Positions 9,668 to 20,700 of a stretch of DNA of 32,000 nt are shown in pieces (the first letter of the stretch is position 1; each line of letters begins with the position of its first letter). The position numbers and the translations under genes were made by a program. Source of the DNA: an archaeon. GTDB taxonomy: Archaea > Asgardarchaeota > Thorarchaeia > Thorarchaeales > Thorarchaeaceae. A model generated the notes under the pieces. That model was not told the DNA's origin and did not search any database. It saw only the letters and a list, made by a program, of their open reading frames with translations. The DNA lies in the NCBI GenBank assembly GCA_024275415.1, contig JAJRZD010000012.1, positions 1 to 32,000 on the forward strand. Direction: 5' to 3'.

Positions 9668-11554
9668 TCAAACTTCCCTAGAGAAGATTGGCTGTCGGGA
9701 AATCAGTGATGGCAAGAGCAATTGCTGCTTGGGTGCGAAATCGGTCTTCTCAGAGATCTCCTCTGCAAGCTGCTCGATAGTCATCTTGGCTTGCTCCTTT
9801 ACCCTGCGGATCCGGACTGCCAACTCACCAGTTTCCTGTTCTCTCTTGCCAACAACACAGATGTAAGGAACCCAGAGCTTCTCAGCAGAACGGATTTTCT
9901 TGCCAAGGGTCATTGAACGGTCATCAATCTCATAACGGATGCCATAACGGTCGAGTACCTTCCCCAGTTCGATAGCGTACTGGATAAGCATATCATCAAC
10001 AGGCAACAGCCGTACCTGCACAGGAGTCATCCAGAGAGGGAGCATGGGCTTGATGCCCTTCTTCTTGTCCTTGTTCGCCTGCTCCAGTACCCCGTAGAGT
10101 ATCCTTTCGATAGAGCCAGAGGGAGAGGTGTGCAGGATGAGGGGTCTCTTCTCCTGACCGTCTTCACCAATATACTTGATATCGAAACGCTCAGCATTCT
10201 CCACATCGATCTGAATAGTCCCTAAGCATGCAGCTTTCTCTTGGTCATCCACGACATTCCATTCGCCCTTGAACAGGAAATACGCATAGCGTTCATCGAA
10301 TATCTCGATCATGACGGGTTTCCCGATCCTTTTGACGATACCCTTTACGAAGTCCTCGTTCTCCTCATAAAACTCCTTCAGGACTCGGAATGAAACCTCG
10401 TAATTGAGTTCGAGTTCCTGCATGAGCTTCTCCACGAACTGGATCTGGTTGTTAACAGCCTCTTTCGCCATCTTCACATCAGCAACGATCTCGTGGATGT
10501 CGGGCATGGTGAATGCACGGGGACGGCGCATCCCTGCGAGCTCTCCGCTTTGCTCCCTTCGAAAGCTGGGGGCGATCTCGAACATCTTCAATGGAAGCTG
10601 CTTGTAAGAAATTGTGGCCTGAGAAAGGAGCAGGAACTGTCCGAAACATGCCGAGAAGCGGGCGAAATAATCTCTCTGTCCAGATCTCACCACATATTGG
10701 CGGGACGGGAATCTTTGCAGGTAGGATTTCAGCGAGGGATGCTCATAGTCATAGATGAGTGGCGTCTGTACCACATGAGCACCGTAATCAACCATTTCTC
10801 TAGTGACACGCTCTTCTATTGCCCGTTTCAGTGTATAACCACGCGGTGGCCATCTGAAATTCCCAGCATCAGAACCGGGCTCATAATCGACCAATTCCAA
10901 GTTCTTCATCAGCTCGATGTGCGGCGGAGGTTCTTGTGCAGTGCGATCCTTAGCGGTTTCGTACTTGACATAAAGCCGAAGCTCCTCATGGCCCGTATAG
11001 TCGAACTTGTCCACTTCAGTGACAACACCATCTGGAGTAAATATGTAGAACTTCGAGTGTGCTTCTTCTTCAGCCTTGATGGCGGTCAAGTCCTCGCCTT
11101 CAGTGACCTCCTCATCAGTTTCGACGGCCTTACTGATATCAAGCACCTTCGAGCGCTCTGCAAGAGGATGTCCCTTACAGTGTATCATAAAGGACTTGTA
11201 CCAGCCAAAGGGGATTCGAAGCACATCGAAACCATCCTTTACCAGTTGCTTCTCGACGAGTTTGAGCAACTTGAGCGCCGAACCCGGTTGGGCAGGGGTC
11301 TCGCTGAGGTGAACCCAAGGATATACGATGATCTTCTTCTCCTTGACCTCCTCCGCTGCCTGAGCGATCATCTGGGCCGTCATCTTCGCTGCTTGGGCAA
11401 TGTTCTTTGTGTCAGAGGTCTCGGCAGCGATGAAGTTGACCAAGCAGGACTCTTTTGTAGAGTAACTCTTGGAATCTACCTTCTCAGCATTCTTCAAGGC
11501 TTTTCGTTTCGCTTCGAACGCGAACCCATCGCTGTGAATCTGTAACATTCTCAT
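9668..11554 (-). CDS. thrS: Threonine--tRNA ligase, archaeal type with N-terminal DTD-like editing domain
   Basis: MRMLQIHSD start with GAGGT SD, VYPWVHLS editing motif, CKGHPLAERS, SFRREQSGEL..MRRPRAFTMPDIH motif 2, GTIQIDVENAERFDI, LHTSPSGSIER, and an anticodon-binding C-terminus. Confidence 0.97.
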   Translation of the reverse strand: MRMLQIHSDGFAFEAKRKALKNAEKVDSKSYSTKESCLVNFIAAETSDTKNIAQAAKMTAQMIAQAAEEVKEKKIIVYPWVHLSETPAQPGSALKLLKLVEKQLVKDGFDVLRIPFGWYKSFMIHCKGHPLAERSKVLDISKAVETDEEVTEGEDLTAIKAEEEAHSKFYIFTPDGVVTEVDKFDYTGHEELRLYVKYETAKDRTAQEPPPHIELMKNLELVDYEPGSDAGNFRWPPRGYTLKRAIEERVTREMVDYGAHVVQTPLIYDYEHPSLKSYLQRFPSRQYVVRSGQRDYFARFSACFGQFLLLSQATISYKQLPLKMFEIAPSFRREQSGELAGMRRPRAFTMPDIHEIVADVKMAKEAVNNQIQFVEKLMQELELNYEVSFRVLKEFYEENEDFVKGIVKRIGKPVMIEIFDERYAYFLFKGEWNVVDDQEKAACLGTIQIDVENAERFDIKYIGEDGQEKRPLILHTSPSGSIERILYGVLEQANKDKKKGIKPMLPLWMTPVQVRLLPVDDMLIQYAIELGKVLDRYGIRYEIDDRSMTLGKKIRSAEKLWVPYICVVGKREQETGELAVRIRRVKEQAKMTIEQLAEEISEKTDFAPKQQLLLPSLISRQPIFSREV

Positions 11555-11930
11555 CTCAGAGACCTCTGGAGCATCAAACATCAGTTCCACACTTAAGCTT
11601 GGCGTATGGAACATGAGAAGAATGACATTTCAAGAGATAATTATGAATGGGCAACATATGTCTGTCGGGACAAAGCGCCCCATACCATCCTGACATATGT
11701 ATGTTGTTCCATCTGCACGGATGCAAGTAAGAAAGTCATGTCGTACGGGATACTCGTCCACCAGTCCAGTACAAAGCTTGTTTATGTCGAGTGTGTTACT
11801 TGCTCAAGAGGTTTGATTCACCTTGGCCGCCAAGTTAGCAGGTAGTATGATATGTCAAACCGGATCAGAGGGATTCTCCGATGACGAGATTTATCTGCAA
11901 GGGTCAAGACGATAGATAGGTGCGAGCAAA

Positions 11931-12905
11931 ATGATAAAGACGAGAGTAACTGAGATTCTGGGATGCAAATACCCGATCATAGCAGGAACCATGGCAAGGA
12001 TATCCAACCCAGAGTTTGTTGCTGCTGCAAGCAATGCTGGTGCTTGTGCTGTACTGGCCAGTGCCAACTATAAGACACCTGATGACCTGCGTGATGCGAT
12101 CAAGAAAACACAGTCGCTTACAGACCAGCCATTTGCAGTCAACATCAACTTGTTCCCAGCCTTGATGCCTCAAGACAAGTTGGAGGACTATGTGGACGCC
12201 ACATTGTCCGAGGGTGTCAAAATCATTGAAACAAGTGGACACAAAGCTCCAGAGGACTTGGTTCCCAAATTCAGAGATGGTGGTGCAATCTGGATCCACA
12301 AATGTGCTGGAGTCAGATATGCTATGAAAGGAGCGTCCTTGGGTGCGGATATGATAACTGTTGTTGGATACGAGAATGGCGGGGCCACCGGTAGATTGGA
12401 CATAGGAACGATGGTGATGACGCCATCCGTGGTCGATGCGGTGGATGTTCCAGTGATTGCTGGCGGGGGTATATCAGATGGGAGAGGCGTTGCTGCGATC
12501 TTAGCGCTTGGTGCCGAAGGAGTGATCATGGGCACACGGATGATGGCGACAAAAGAATGTCCTATCCACGACAATCTTAAACAAGCCTTTGTCAATGCCG
12601 CTGAAACAGATACATGTCTGGCTCTGCGGTCTGTCAAAAACACCCATAGGGTGTGGAACAACAAGGCGGCACAACACTTGATCGAACTGGAATCCCAGGG
12701 AGCACCATTGTTCAAGCTCATTCAAGCGGCAGCAGGAGATAAAGCAGAAGAGATGTACAGGAATGGGGACATTGACCTAGGTGTTGTGAGTTGTGGTCAA
12801 GGTGTAGGGCTGGTCAGAGACATTCCCACTGTCAAGGAGCTGTTAGATAGGATAATGGTAGAGGCTGAAGAGGTCATCTCTCGATTGTCCGAAATATCCA
12901 ATTAG
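11931..12905 (+). CDS. Nitronate monooxygenase / FabK-family FMN-dependent oxidoreductase
   Basis: LGCKYPIIAGTM, PFAVNI, VPVIAGGGISDGRG.AA.LALGAEGVIMGTR motifs of the NMO/enoyl-reductase II family. Confidence 0.9.
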   Translation: MIKTRVTEILGCKYPIIAGTMARISNPEFVAAASNAGACAVLASANYKTPDDLRDAIKKTQSLTDQPFAVNINLFPALMPQDKLEDYVDATLSEGVKIIETSGHKAPEDLVPKFRDGGAIWIHKCAGVRYAMKGASLGADMITVVGYENGGATGRLDIGTMVMTPSVVDAVDVPVIAGGGISDGRGVAAILALGAEGVIMGTRMMATKECPIHDNLKQAFVNAAETDTCLALRSVKNTHRVWNNKAAQHLIELESQGAPLFKLIQAAAGDKAEEMYRNGDIDLGVVSCGQGVGLVRDIPTVKELLDRIMVEAEEVISRLSEISN

Positions 12906-13010
12906 ATTCATCTCACATCTGCTATCTCAGGAAGGCTACTAGAAGACATCCTCGTAATCGGGAAGTTGTGAAAGCACAAACGTCGAGGACTTCTCTGGGA
13001 AGCATCGACA

Positions 13011-13020
13011 ATTTAAGGAA
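13011..13020 (+). promoter_or_regulatory. TATA-like element of the thiolase gene (probably leaderless mRNA)
   Basis: ATTTAAGGAA begins 29 nt upstream of ATG 13040, the spacing expected if transcription starts at or near the ATG. Confidence 0.45.
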
Positions 13021-13039
13021 GGACTGCACCTGCTAGGGC

Positions 13040-14254
13040 ATGAAAGAGGTCGTTATCGTTTCAGCAGTGAGAAGCCCAATCGGAGCTTTTGGTGGATCAC
13101 TCAAGTCCATCCAGGCCCCAGAACTTGCGGCTCAAGTGATGAAAGCAGCAGTACAACAAGCAGACGTAGACCCTCACATCATTGGGGATGTGCGGTTCGG
13201 ATGCTGTTTGGAACCGCCAAAGGCGCTGAATGTCGCAAGGGTTTCAATGCTCTTAGCCAATATCCCCTATACTGTCCCAGCAGTCACAATCAATAGAGTA
13301 TGCACTTCTGCTATGGAGGCGATAGTCAGTGGCTCCCTGCAGATTGAAACTGGGTTCACTGAGGTCGTGCTTGCAGGTGGCGTGGAGTCCATGTCGAATG
13401 TGCCCTACTGTGTGGAAGATGCCCGATGGGGATTACGCCTTTTCGACAAGACCTTCGTGGATATGTTGACGACAGGATTACATGCCGGAAGTCACTACAT
13501 CCCCCATCCTGATACGGGCAAGCCATACATCATGGGCGAAACCGCGGAATTCCTCAACGAGAAACATGGCTTCACTCGTGAGGAGCAGGACGAGGTGGCA
13601 TTACGCTCTCACAACAATGCAGAGCGAGCCACAAAGAATGGCGACTTCAAGGACGAGATTGTCCCCATCGAGGTTCCAAGTAGGAAAGGCGATGTCACAA
13701 TCGTTGACGAGGACGAACACTTCAGGCCCGGGTTGACAATGGAGGACTTGGCGAAGCTCCGTCCTGCCTTCAAGAAGGGTGGCTCAGTCACAGCAGGCAA
13801 CTCCAGTGGTATTAATGATGGCGCGGCGGCTGTTGTATTGATGTCCATGGAGAAAGCAAATGAGTTGGGTATCAAGCCTCTTGCCAAACTCACAGGCTAT
13901 GGGATGGGGGGCAGTGAACCTCATCTCATGGGCGAGTCACCAATCCCTGCCGTCGAGAATCTCATCGAGCGGACTTCGGAAACCTTCGACGACTGGGATC
14001 TTGTCGAGGTGAACGAGGCATTCGCAAGCCAGTATCTTGCAGTCGAAAAGGCACTCAAACCAATCGGTTTCGACAGGGAGAAAACTAACGTGAACGGGTC
14101 GGGTATCGGTCTAGGTCATCCGGTCGGAGCGACAGGAGCACGCATCATCGTGACGCTACTGCACGCCCTCAAGAAAAGGAATCTCAAACGGGGCATGGCC
14201 ACCCTCTGCGGTGGTGGTGGTGTGAGCATCGCTACATCATGGGAAATGATGTAG
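13040..14254 (+). CDS. Acetyl-CoA C-acyltransferase (thiolase, bacterial-type)
   Basis: INRVCTSAMEA (Cys nucleophile), GGVESMS, NSSGINDGAAA, EVNEAFA, GHPVGATGARI and TLCGGGG. Confidence 0.96.
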   Translation: MKEVVIVSAVRSPIGAFGGSLKSIQAPELAAQVMKAAVQQADVDPHIIGDVRFGCCLEPPKALNVARVSMLLANIPYTVPAVTINRVCTSAMEAIVSGSLQIETGFTEVVLAGGVESMSNVPYCVEDARWGLRLFDKTFVDMLTTGLHAGSHYIPHPDTGKPYIMGETAEFLNEKHGFTREEQDEVALRSHNNAERATKNGDFKDEIVPIEVPSRKGDVTIVDEDEHFRPGLTMEDLAKLRPAFKKGGSVTAGNSSGINDGAAAVVLMSMEKANELGIKPLAKLTGYGMGGSEPHLMGESPIPAVENLIERTSETFDDWDLVEVNEAFASQYLAVEKALKPIGFDREKTNVNGSGIGLGHPVGATGARIIVTLLHALKKRNLKRGMATLCGGGGVSIATSWEMM

Positions 14255-14284
14255 AAAAAAATGGTGAGGGGTAATTCCCTCACC
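14255..14284 (-). terminator. Hairpin plus T-tract terminator (minus strand; possibly bidirectional)
   Basis: GGTGAGGG-gtaatt-CCCTCACC (8 bp, 14263-14284) with A7 at 14255-14261, which reads as U7 after the hairpin on the minus strand. Confidence 0.7.
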
Positions 14285-14520
14285 TATCTTCGAAACCGAT
14301 AGATTAGGACAACAAACACTACTACAACAGCCAACCCTCCCACAGTGATTGCAAAGGAAAGTATCAGCATGAGGTTCGCCAGTTGGAGTGGTAGAATTCG
14401 TTGGGGGTGTCGATGAGGCTTCAGGTGTGACTGTGATAGTCACAGAATCTACCGCAATATTCCCAGATTCATCATCGGTTATCAGAACACTATCATTTAC
14501 ATGATGTCCGACGAAAAACA
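14284..14520 (-). pseudogene. Frameshifted relic of a surface-protein C-terminus (Ig-repeat end, Thr/Pro linker, TM anchor)
   Basis: DESGNIAVDSVTITVTPEASSTPPTNSTTPTGE, then after a one-base frameshift LMLILSFAITVGGLAVVVVFVVLIYRFRR* (TAG at 14284-14286). It parallels DKSGNTVSDSVLVTVTP...TM-KSKR of the upstream giant gene. Confidence 0.75.
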
Positions 14521-14734
14521 AATCACAGTCTTGGGCATGAAGTAAGAGTCAAGCCTTCGTCGTTAAGAACGAGTACATTAATCGTTGATATTGCTTCTAT
14601 GAGTTAGCATATTACTCTACAGAGCCCATTTCTGGAGTGCTGGAAGATGAATTATCCTCTGGAGAATAACTTCGTTCCAACAGATCCAGTGTCACATCAT
14701 AGGCGAATCAAAGAATCTTACGGATGGATGGCTG

Positions 14735-14766
14735 AAAAAGAAAGATGTGGAGGGAAAAATCCCTCC
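14735..14766 (-). terminator. Hairpin plus T-rich terminator of the giant surface-protein gene
   Basis: GGAGGGA-aaaa-TCCCTCC (14749-14766), followed on the minus strand by TCTTTCTTTTT, starting 27 nt after the stop codon. Confidence 0.65.
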
Positions 14767-14793
14767 CTGTGTGTTTGTTCGAGGTTATCCGTA

Positions 14794-17700
14794 TCATCTT
14801 TTTGATTTGATGAAGAGGATTATCACCACAATAATCACTATGATAGAACCAATAGTGATTACAATCGTGATGACCAGCGGGCCATCGACAGGTGGTGGTA
14901 ATGTGGTATCGGTGCCTGTCGGGGTCACTGTCACCAGCACGCTATCGGAAACAGTGTTGCCACTTTTGTCGTACACGACTACAGTGAAATTGTAAGTACC
15001 CACTTCAAGTCCGTCCACATCGACCACAATCTCATCCGATGTAGAATCTAGTTTCCCTGTCGTATACGGTGTTCCGTTCTGCAACACGACATAGTTGGAC
15101 GGATTGAGATCCGTAGTAGTCCAAGTGATTGTGTTACCCGTTGTTCCTTCGACGTAGGACATGTCAGCAGGACTATTAACCGTTGGTGGGGTCACGTCGA
15201 GGACATCAACCCAGACCGTGCTGACAACTGTATTGCCGTAGCTATCACTTAGGACAAGTGTGAAGTTATATGTACCAAAGGCAAGTTCTCCAACACTGTA
15301 GGAGAACGTGAGAGGGCTCTCCCAAGTAAAGTTCGCCAAGACAGTCCCGTTTCTGTACAATGTCAGTAAGTTGGGATTCATATCAGTCGCAGACCATACC
15401 AGTGTCGGTCCAGTTTCTCCTTCGTTGAAGGACGTATCTGTAGGTTCATCTACGACCGGAGCATCTACATCTCCGAATACTGAAACAATCACGGAGTGTG
15501 ACCCGGCGTTCCCTGTCCCATCGTATGCGACAAGAGTGTAGTTGTAGACTCCGACATCAAGACTATCTAGCGATAGATAGAACACCTCGCCAGATGCATT
15601 CCAGACGCCAGTAGTAATACGTGAGCCGTTGAGGAGAACCTCGTAGGTAGCCGGATACGAGTCCGTCAAGGTCCAGTTTATCTCATGGCCTGACTCACCA
15701 AATTCGAAGGTGATGTCAGTAGAGCCTGTGACTACTGGAGGAGTGATATCTTCCACGGAAACCATGACTGTATCACGGTCGGAATTTCCAATCGTGTCAT
15801 TCACTACCAGAGTGTAGTTGTAGGTGCCAACAGATAGTCCGTCTACATTTACTGTGATCGAGCTGCCGTCCCATGGGCCCATATCGACAATCACGCCGTT
15901 ACGGTACAGTGTGTAATTGGATGGAAACATGGCATCGGGGTTCCATACAATCTGATTTCCAGTGGCTCCTTCAGGATAGCTGATGTCAGCCGGAGAATCA
16001 ATCGTTGGTGCTTGGTAGGTGACAGTGACCAACGTGGTAAAGGACGCAGAGTTGCCATATGCGTCCTCCGCATAGAGTGTGTAGTTGTGAATGCCTAGAA
16101 ACAGCCCATCGATACTGATTGTTGTCTTGTTTGATAGGTCAGACCAAACTTGATGGGTTGTCCTGACATCATCCACCCACATCTCAAGGACAGAGGGATA
16201 CAGACTTCCGGCAATCCATGTCAAGTTATGTCCCATCGACAAATACACATACTCGTAACTATCAATACCCCAGATGACTGGGGGCTGGCTTGGCGGTGAC
16301 GCTCCACCAGCAGTGAACACCGCGTCTGAACGGTCTTCATCTGTCATGCCTCGATCGACTGCAACAACTCTCACCAAATAGGTGTCCATGTACTGCCAAT
16401 CTGAAGTATTCCAGACCAAGTTCGAGTCTGATATCCCTGACGCGACCAGCATGAAAGACACACCACCATCGTTTGAAACGTAGACATCATGCAATGGCTG
16501 CGAATCGCTATTCTGAGAAGTAGTAGTCCATGTAATGCTGTGAGAAGTTGTCCATACTTCGCCGCCGTTCGGAGATGTTACAAGTACTTCAGGGGCAAAG
16601 AAGTTGTTGAAGGTGATATTACTCCAGCTTCCACTGTACTCGCTGCCGCTGAGAGTATATGCTGTAGCAATTATATCACGTGTGGAGCTTGATCCCAAAT
16701 TTGAGGTGTCGTACCATGCTGACCGCCCAGCAGAATTGACTTCAACGCCCGTCCGTGTATCTACTGTGAGTGTGTACTGAGCACCAATGGTACGGTCATA
16801 GTTGAAAATGCCAATAGCAAGTCTACCATCTCGATCCGCGGTGAAAGAGGTTGCTTCCGGTTTAGCAGCGGTTGCCATTTTGCTTCCAACCAGATTGTTG
16901 CTATATGACCAAGTAGTGTTGTCAGTGTCAGCCCACCACACCATGATGTCAGAGTCGCCGTTAGTAAAGTCCACAGTAATCTGTACAATGTCATCCTTCA
17001 TGATGCCATCAACAAACTCCCAGCTTAATTGCGTAAGATCGATGTAGCCAGAGAATGGGTCGTATGCAGCATCTGGTTCTACTATGGTACCACTGTTCTG
17101 ATAAAGAATTCCAGAAAGCAGTTCCAGTTTGACAGTGTTGATTTCAGATTCAGGGAAATTGCTAGCTCCTACAGGAGAGAACGTCACGTTCACAACAATA
17201 TGGTCGCCATCAATCACATCATTGTCAGTGAATGGAGTTGGAGTCATGTTCCAATTTGAGTAGTACCTTGGGTCAGGGACTGGTGTTGCAATGTTCTCGT
17301 ATATCATGACATTGATAGTGTAATTGACTGGTAAGGTCACCGATCCAGCAAGTTCCGTGGGATGAACGAGTAGGTAATACATCCCGACTGGATCAGCTGG
17401 AAGTGACACCATTACCACTGTAGCGTTTGATGTGGTAGCAACGGCTGATGATAGAACCGTTCCATTGGCATCAAGAACATCCAGACTCATATTGTTACCA
17501 AGAATGTCCCATACGACTCTCACACCCATATATTGCACGGTCGGGTATGGATTGAACAGAGCATAACTTCTGAAATCCCAGTCGTCAACATCTCCTTCCA
17601 TACAGCCATATACAGGACTGTCATATGGAGTCAACTCATTGCCAAATCCGCTGACTATTCTATTCTCGTCGCCAATATTTGCTGAAAGATTGCCAATGAT

Positions 17701-20700
17701 GCTGAAACTCCAAGGCACTGTCAGGGTTGTGGCACCATCACTGATTTCCACGTACCCCTGATAGATGCCAGCATCATCTTGTGGGGCGTCCAACTGCCAG
17801 ATGTAGGTTGCAGCAACACCCCCATCAGTTGCAGAAAGTATTGAAGTAGGAACCTTTTCCCAGAAGATGACCGTGCATGTGAACGGATTACCTACGTATG
17901 CCAGGTCGCTATCAAATGCAGGGTCATGAACCACAAGTGTTAGGTTACCGCTCATAGCAGCAGACAAGCTTCCACTATTTGTAGCATAGGACATCATATT
18001 CGAGTTCGAGGGATCGTAGGCACTTGCAAGCCGCACTAGCTCGTTACCTTCGGCAGTTGTGGAGTTCCAAAGATTCGGCATTCCATCATTCGGGCTCCCA
18101 TCGGTCCAGTCATAAAGGAATGACCATGGAGCACCATACGTGCTGATGTTAGCGTTATCAAAAGAAATCCCAATGGTGACATAGCTATACGTAGAAACCA
18201 GCGAGTCATAAGTGGTTGTTCCAATCTGATCTCTAATGTTGTACCAGCCATACATCTGAGCTCCGGGCACGACAGTATCAGTGTATGTAAAAGTCGTGGC
18301 AGAGAAAGAGATTGATTCTGCTTTCCTCCAATAATATGCAGATGTCGTCCAACCGGTAGTATCGGTGATCAATGTGCCTGACGCAGTTCCATAGATGTTC
18401 TGTGAGATGGTTGTCACTGAGCCGGGTACTACCTGTCCGAAGTATAAGGAGCCTTCAGCAAACCCTCTTGGAAGATTGCCTGTAGGAAACGGCGTGGGCA
18501 GTAACGAGCGGGCGGATCCAATATCTGAAGCCCAAGCACCCTCAGATATGCTCATCAGGTTATCAAAAGAGTCTGTCGATTCTGCAATCAGTCCAACGTC
18601 ATTCTCAACAAAATCGCACGCAGCCTGAGCATCGATTCTTCCGAATCCTTCAGTGGCAGGATCATAGCCCAGTCGTTTGGCCGTGTTTTGTATTATTGTC
18701 TTCACACGGTCAGGAGTCCAAGATACGCCTCGCGTGTTCAGGGATTCAATGACTAGTGCAGCTACTCCAGCTGCTACAGGAGCCGATTGGCTCGTTCCGC
18801 TAAACAGTGAAACATTGAGTTGTGAGCCATAATCCATCTTTGAACCGACCCAATATTGATGCAGGTATGGAGCATAGACAGGTCTGGGTGCGTAAGCTGC
18901 TAGCCCCGGTGCAACAACATCAGGTTTGGAATAGCCCAAGAACGAAGGCCCTTTGCTTGAGAAGGGTGCAATCCCTTCAACATCTTGCCCTGGTCCATAA
19001 AGATACTCGAGATATTGGTAGCTTGTGGACGCTCCCACTGTCAGAACTCCAGCAGCAGACCCAGGTGGCCCAATAGTCATAAAGCCCGAACCCTCATTCC
19101 CTGCCGAGAACACTTGGAGTACACCCGGATAGGATGGGTCGAGGTATCCAGGGGTAGATAGTATTGTCCAGACCAGCGATAGATAATCCAATTCGCTGCT
19201 AGGAGCAACAACCCATCCCCAAGAGTTGGTTACAAGATCCGCTTGATGGTTGCCAGTGTAATAGAAGTCACCACTCTGTTCATTGTAATCAAATCCACAA
19301 GCCCAAAGGTATGCCCCCATCTCTGTACCTGACGACAGCGAACGTATAGACAGTATTTTGGATCTATTCGCAACTCCGGACATATAGAAGTAGGAATCAT
19401 TGTTTGGATCGTAATATTGGTAATTACCACGACTGGCAACATGAGCTGCCGTAGCGGTTCCATGTGTGTCGGCGTCAAAATACAGACTGACAGCCGCGCC
19501 ATCCGAACGGAACCCGTTGAAGACAGTTTCATCAGCAAACCAACCATAAACGTCATAGAGCCAACTGATAGCCCCCAGACTATAATCATTGATTCCGTCG
19601 CCGTTCAAGTCAGCAGCCACAATGGGGTTTGTGTAATTGTAGGTGGCAACGCTGATGTCATCAGTGAAGTCCCAGTCGGATAAGTCGAGAATGGGCTGAT
19701 AGTCAGCTGGATCTGTAAGGTTGACACTTTCATAGTAGAAGCCTCCATTCCAGAACCAAGACCAAGCTTCAGCTCCTTCCCAGTCGATTGCAAGATTCCA
19801 TTCGTTTGTTGTCGATGAGTTGTATACCAATGCAGGAGCGAATGCCTTCATGTAAGGACTATTTCTTTGTTGGAAGATGAAGCCAACCCGATAGTCACCT
19901 ATCAGTTCAGAAGTGTCTGGCAGTTTGATGTCCTGCCATATATCATCTGCCATAGTCCCTACATCAATACCCCAATAATAGGCGTACAACCAGATAAAGC
20001 CAAGACGATTGACATAGGGGGTCGTTTTATTTCCATCTCCGATTAGATATCTGGAACTGCCTTGGTTATTCAGCAGTGGATCCCACCCTGTGACATTAAG
20101 ATAAACACCGCTGGCATTCTGATAGGTCAAGACATTCCCGTTAGCTACCCATGATGCAGGGTCTGCTACGTAGGATGAATTGGCAAGTACCAGTGGATTC
20201 AAACCCAGTCCCGTCGGGTCATATGTGCCATTGTCATATGCATCCATCAGGTCAGGGACACCAAAGTCACACCCTGTGTCTATATGTCCAACTACGACAC
20301 CTTCACCGGTATAGCCAGACGCTACCGACCCTGTGGAGCCTACAATAGCACGGATCTCGGACATGTCCAATGAATACTCAGGTGATTGTGTCCCATCAAA
20401 ATCCGGCTTTGCAAATTCATCAACTCTGGGTGAGGTCAGCTTGTCAGCCCAAATCGCAGTCACACCGTTCAAATCGATGATTTTCCTTAGCGATTCTGCT
20501 GAGGGTAGTTCCACCTTGACCAACTTGAAGGCTTTGAAGTCCATTTTCCATTTTATATCTGCCAGTCCATCTAGTGTTTCCATGTCCGCCCATGGTGCAG
20601 AGTATATCAGGGCACCTGGGTTTCCATCGACGAGAGAGATTGAACTATCGATTGTCCCATCTGTAAGCCATGTTTCGAATAACGGATCAATATCGGGTCT

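Noticed and set aside
10493-11545. 350-aa plus-strand ORF
   Set aside because: Lies wholly antisense to thrS and has no recognisable motifs; a shadow ORF. The same applies to 30934-31554, 12188-12721, 6969-7499 and the other antisense ORFs within long genes.
11652-11706. Imperfect inverted repeat CAACATATGTC...GACATATGTATGTTG upstream of thrS (T-box or attenuator?)
   Set aside because: No T-box consensus, T-boxes are not known in archaea, the arms are self-palindromic low-complexity (CATATG), and it lies upstream of the likely TATA element.
11606-11845. 79-aa ORF with CSIC and CVTC (zinc-finger-like)
   Set aside because: No SD, its start overlaps the thrS promoter zone, its composition is not convincingly protein-like, and no family was recognised. 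Cannot be excluded without Ribo-seq or homology search.
14920-16290. Repeats as a CRISPR array or diversity-generating target
   Set aside because: The repeats are protein-level, about 270 nt long, in frame and diverged at synonymous sites. There are no identical DNA repeats, no reverse transcriptase and no cas genes.
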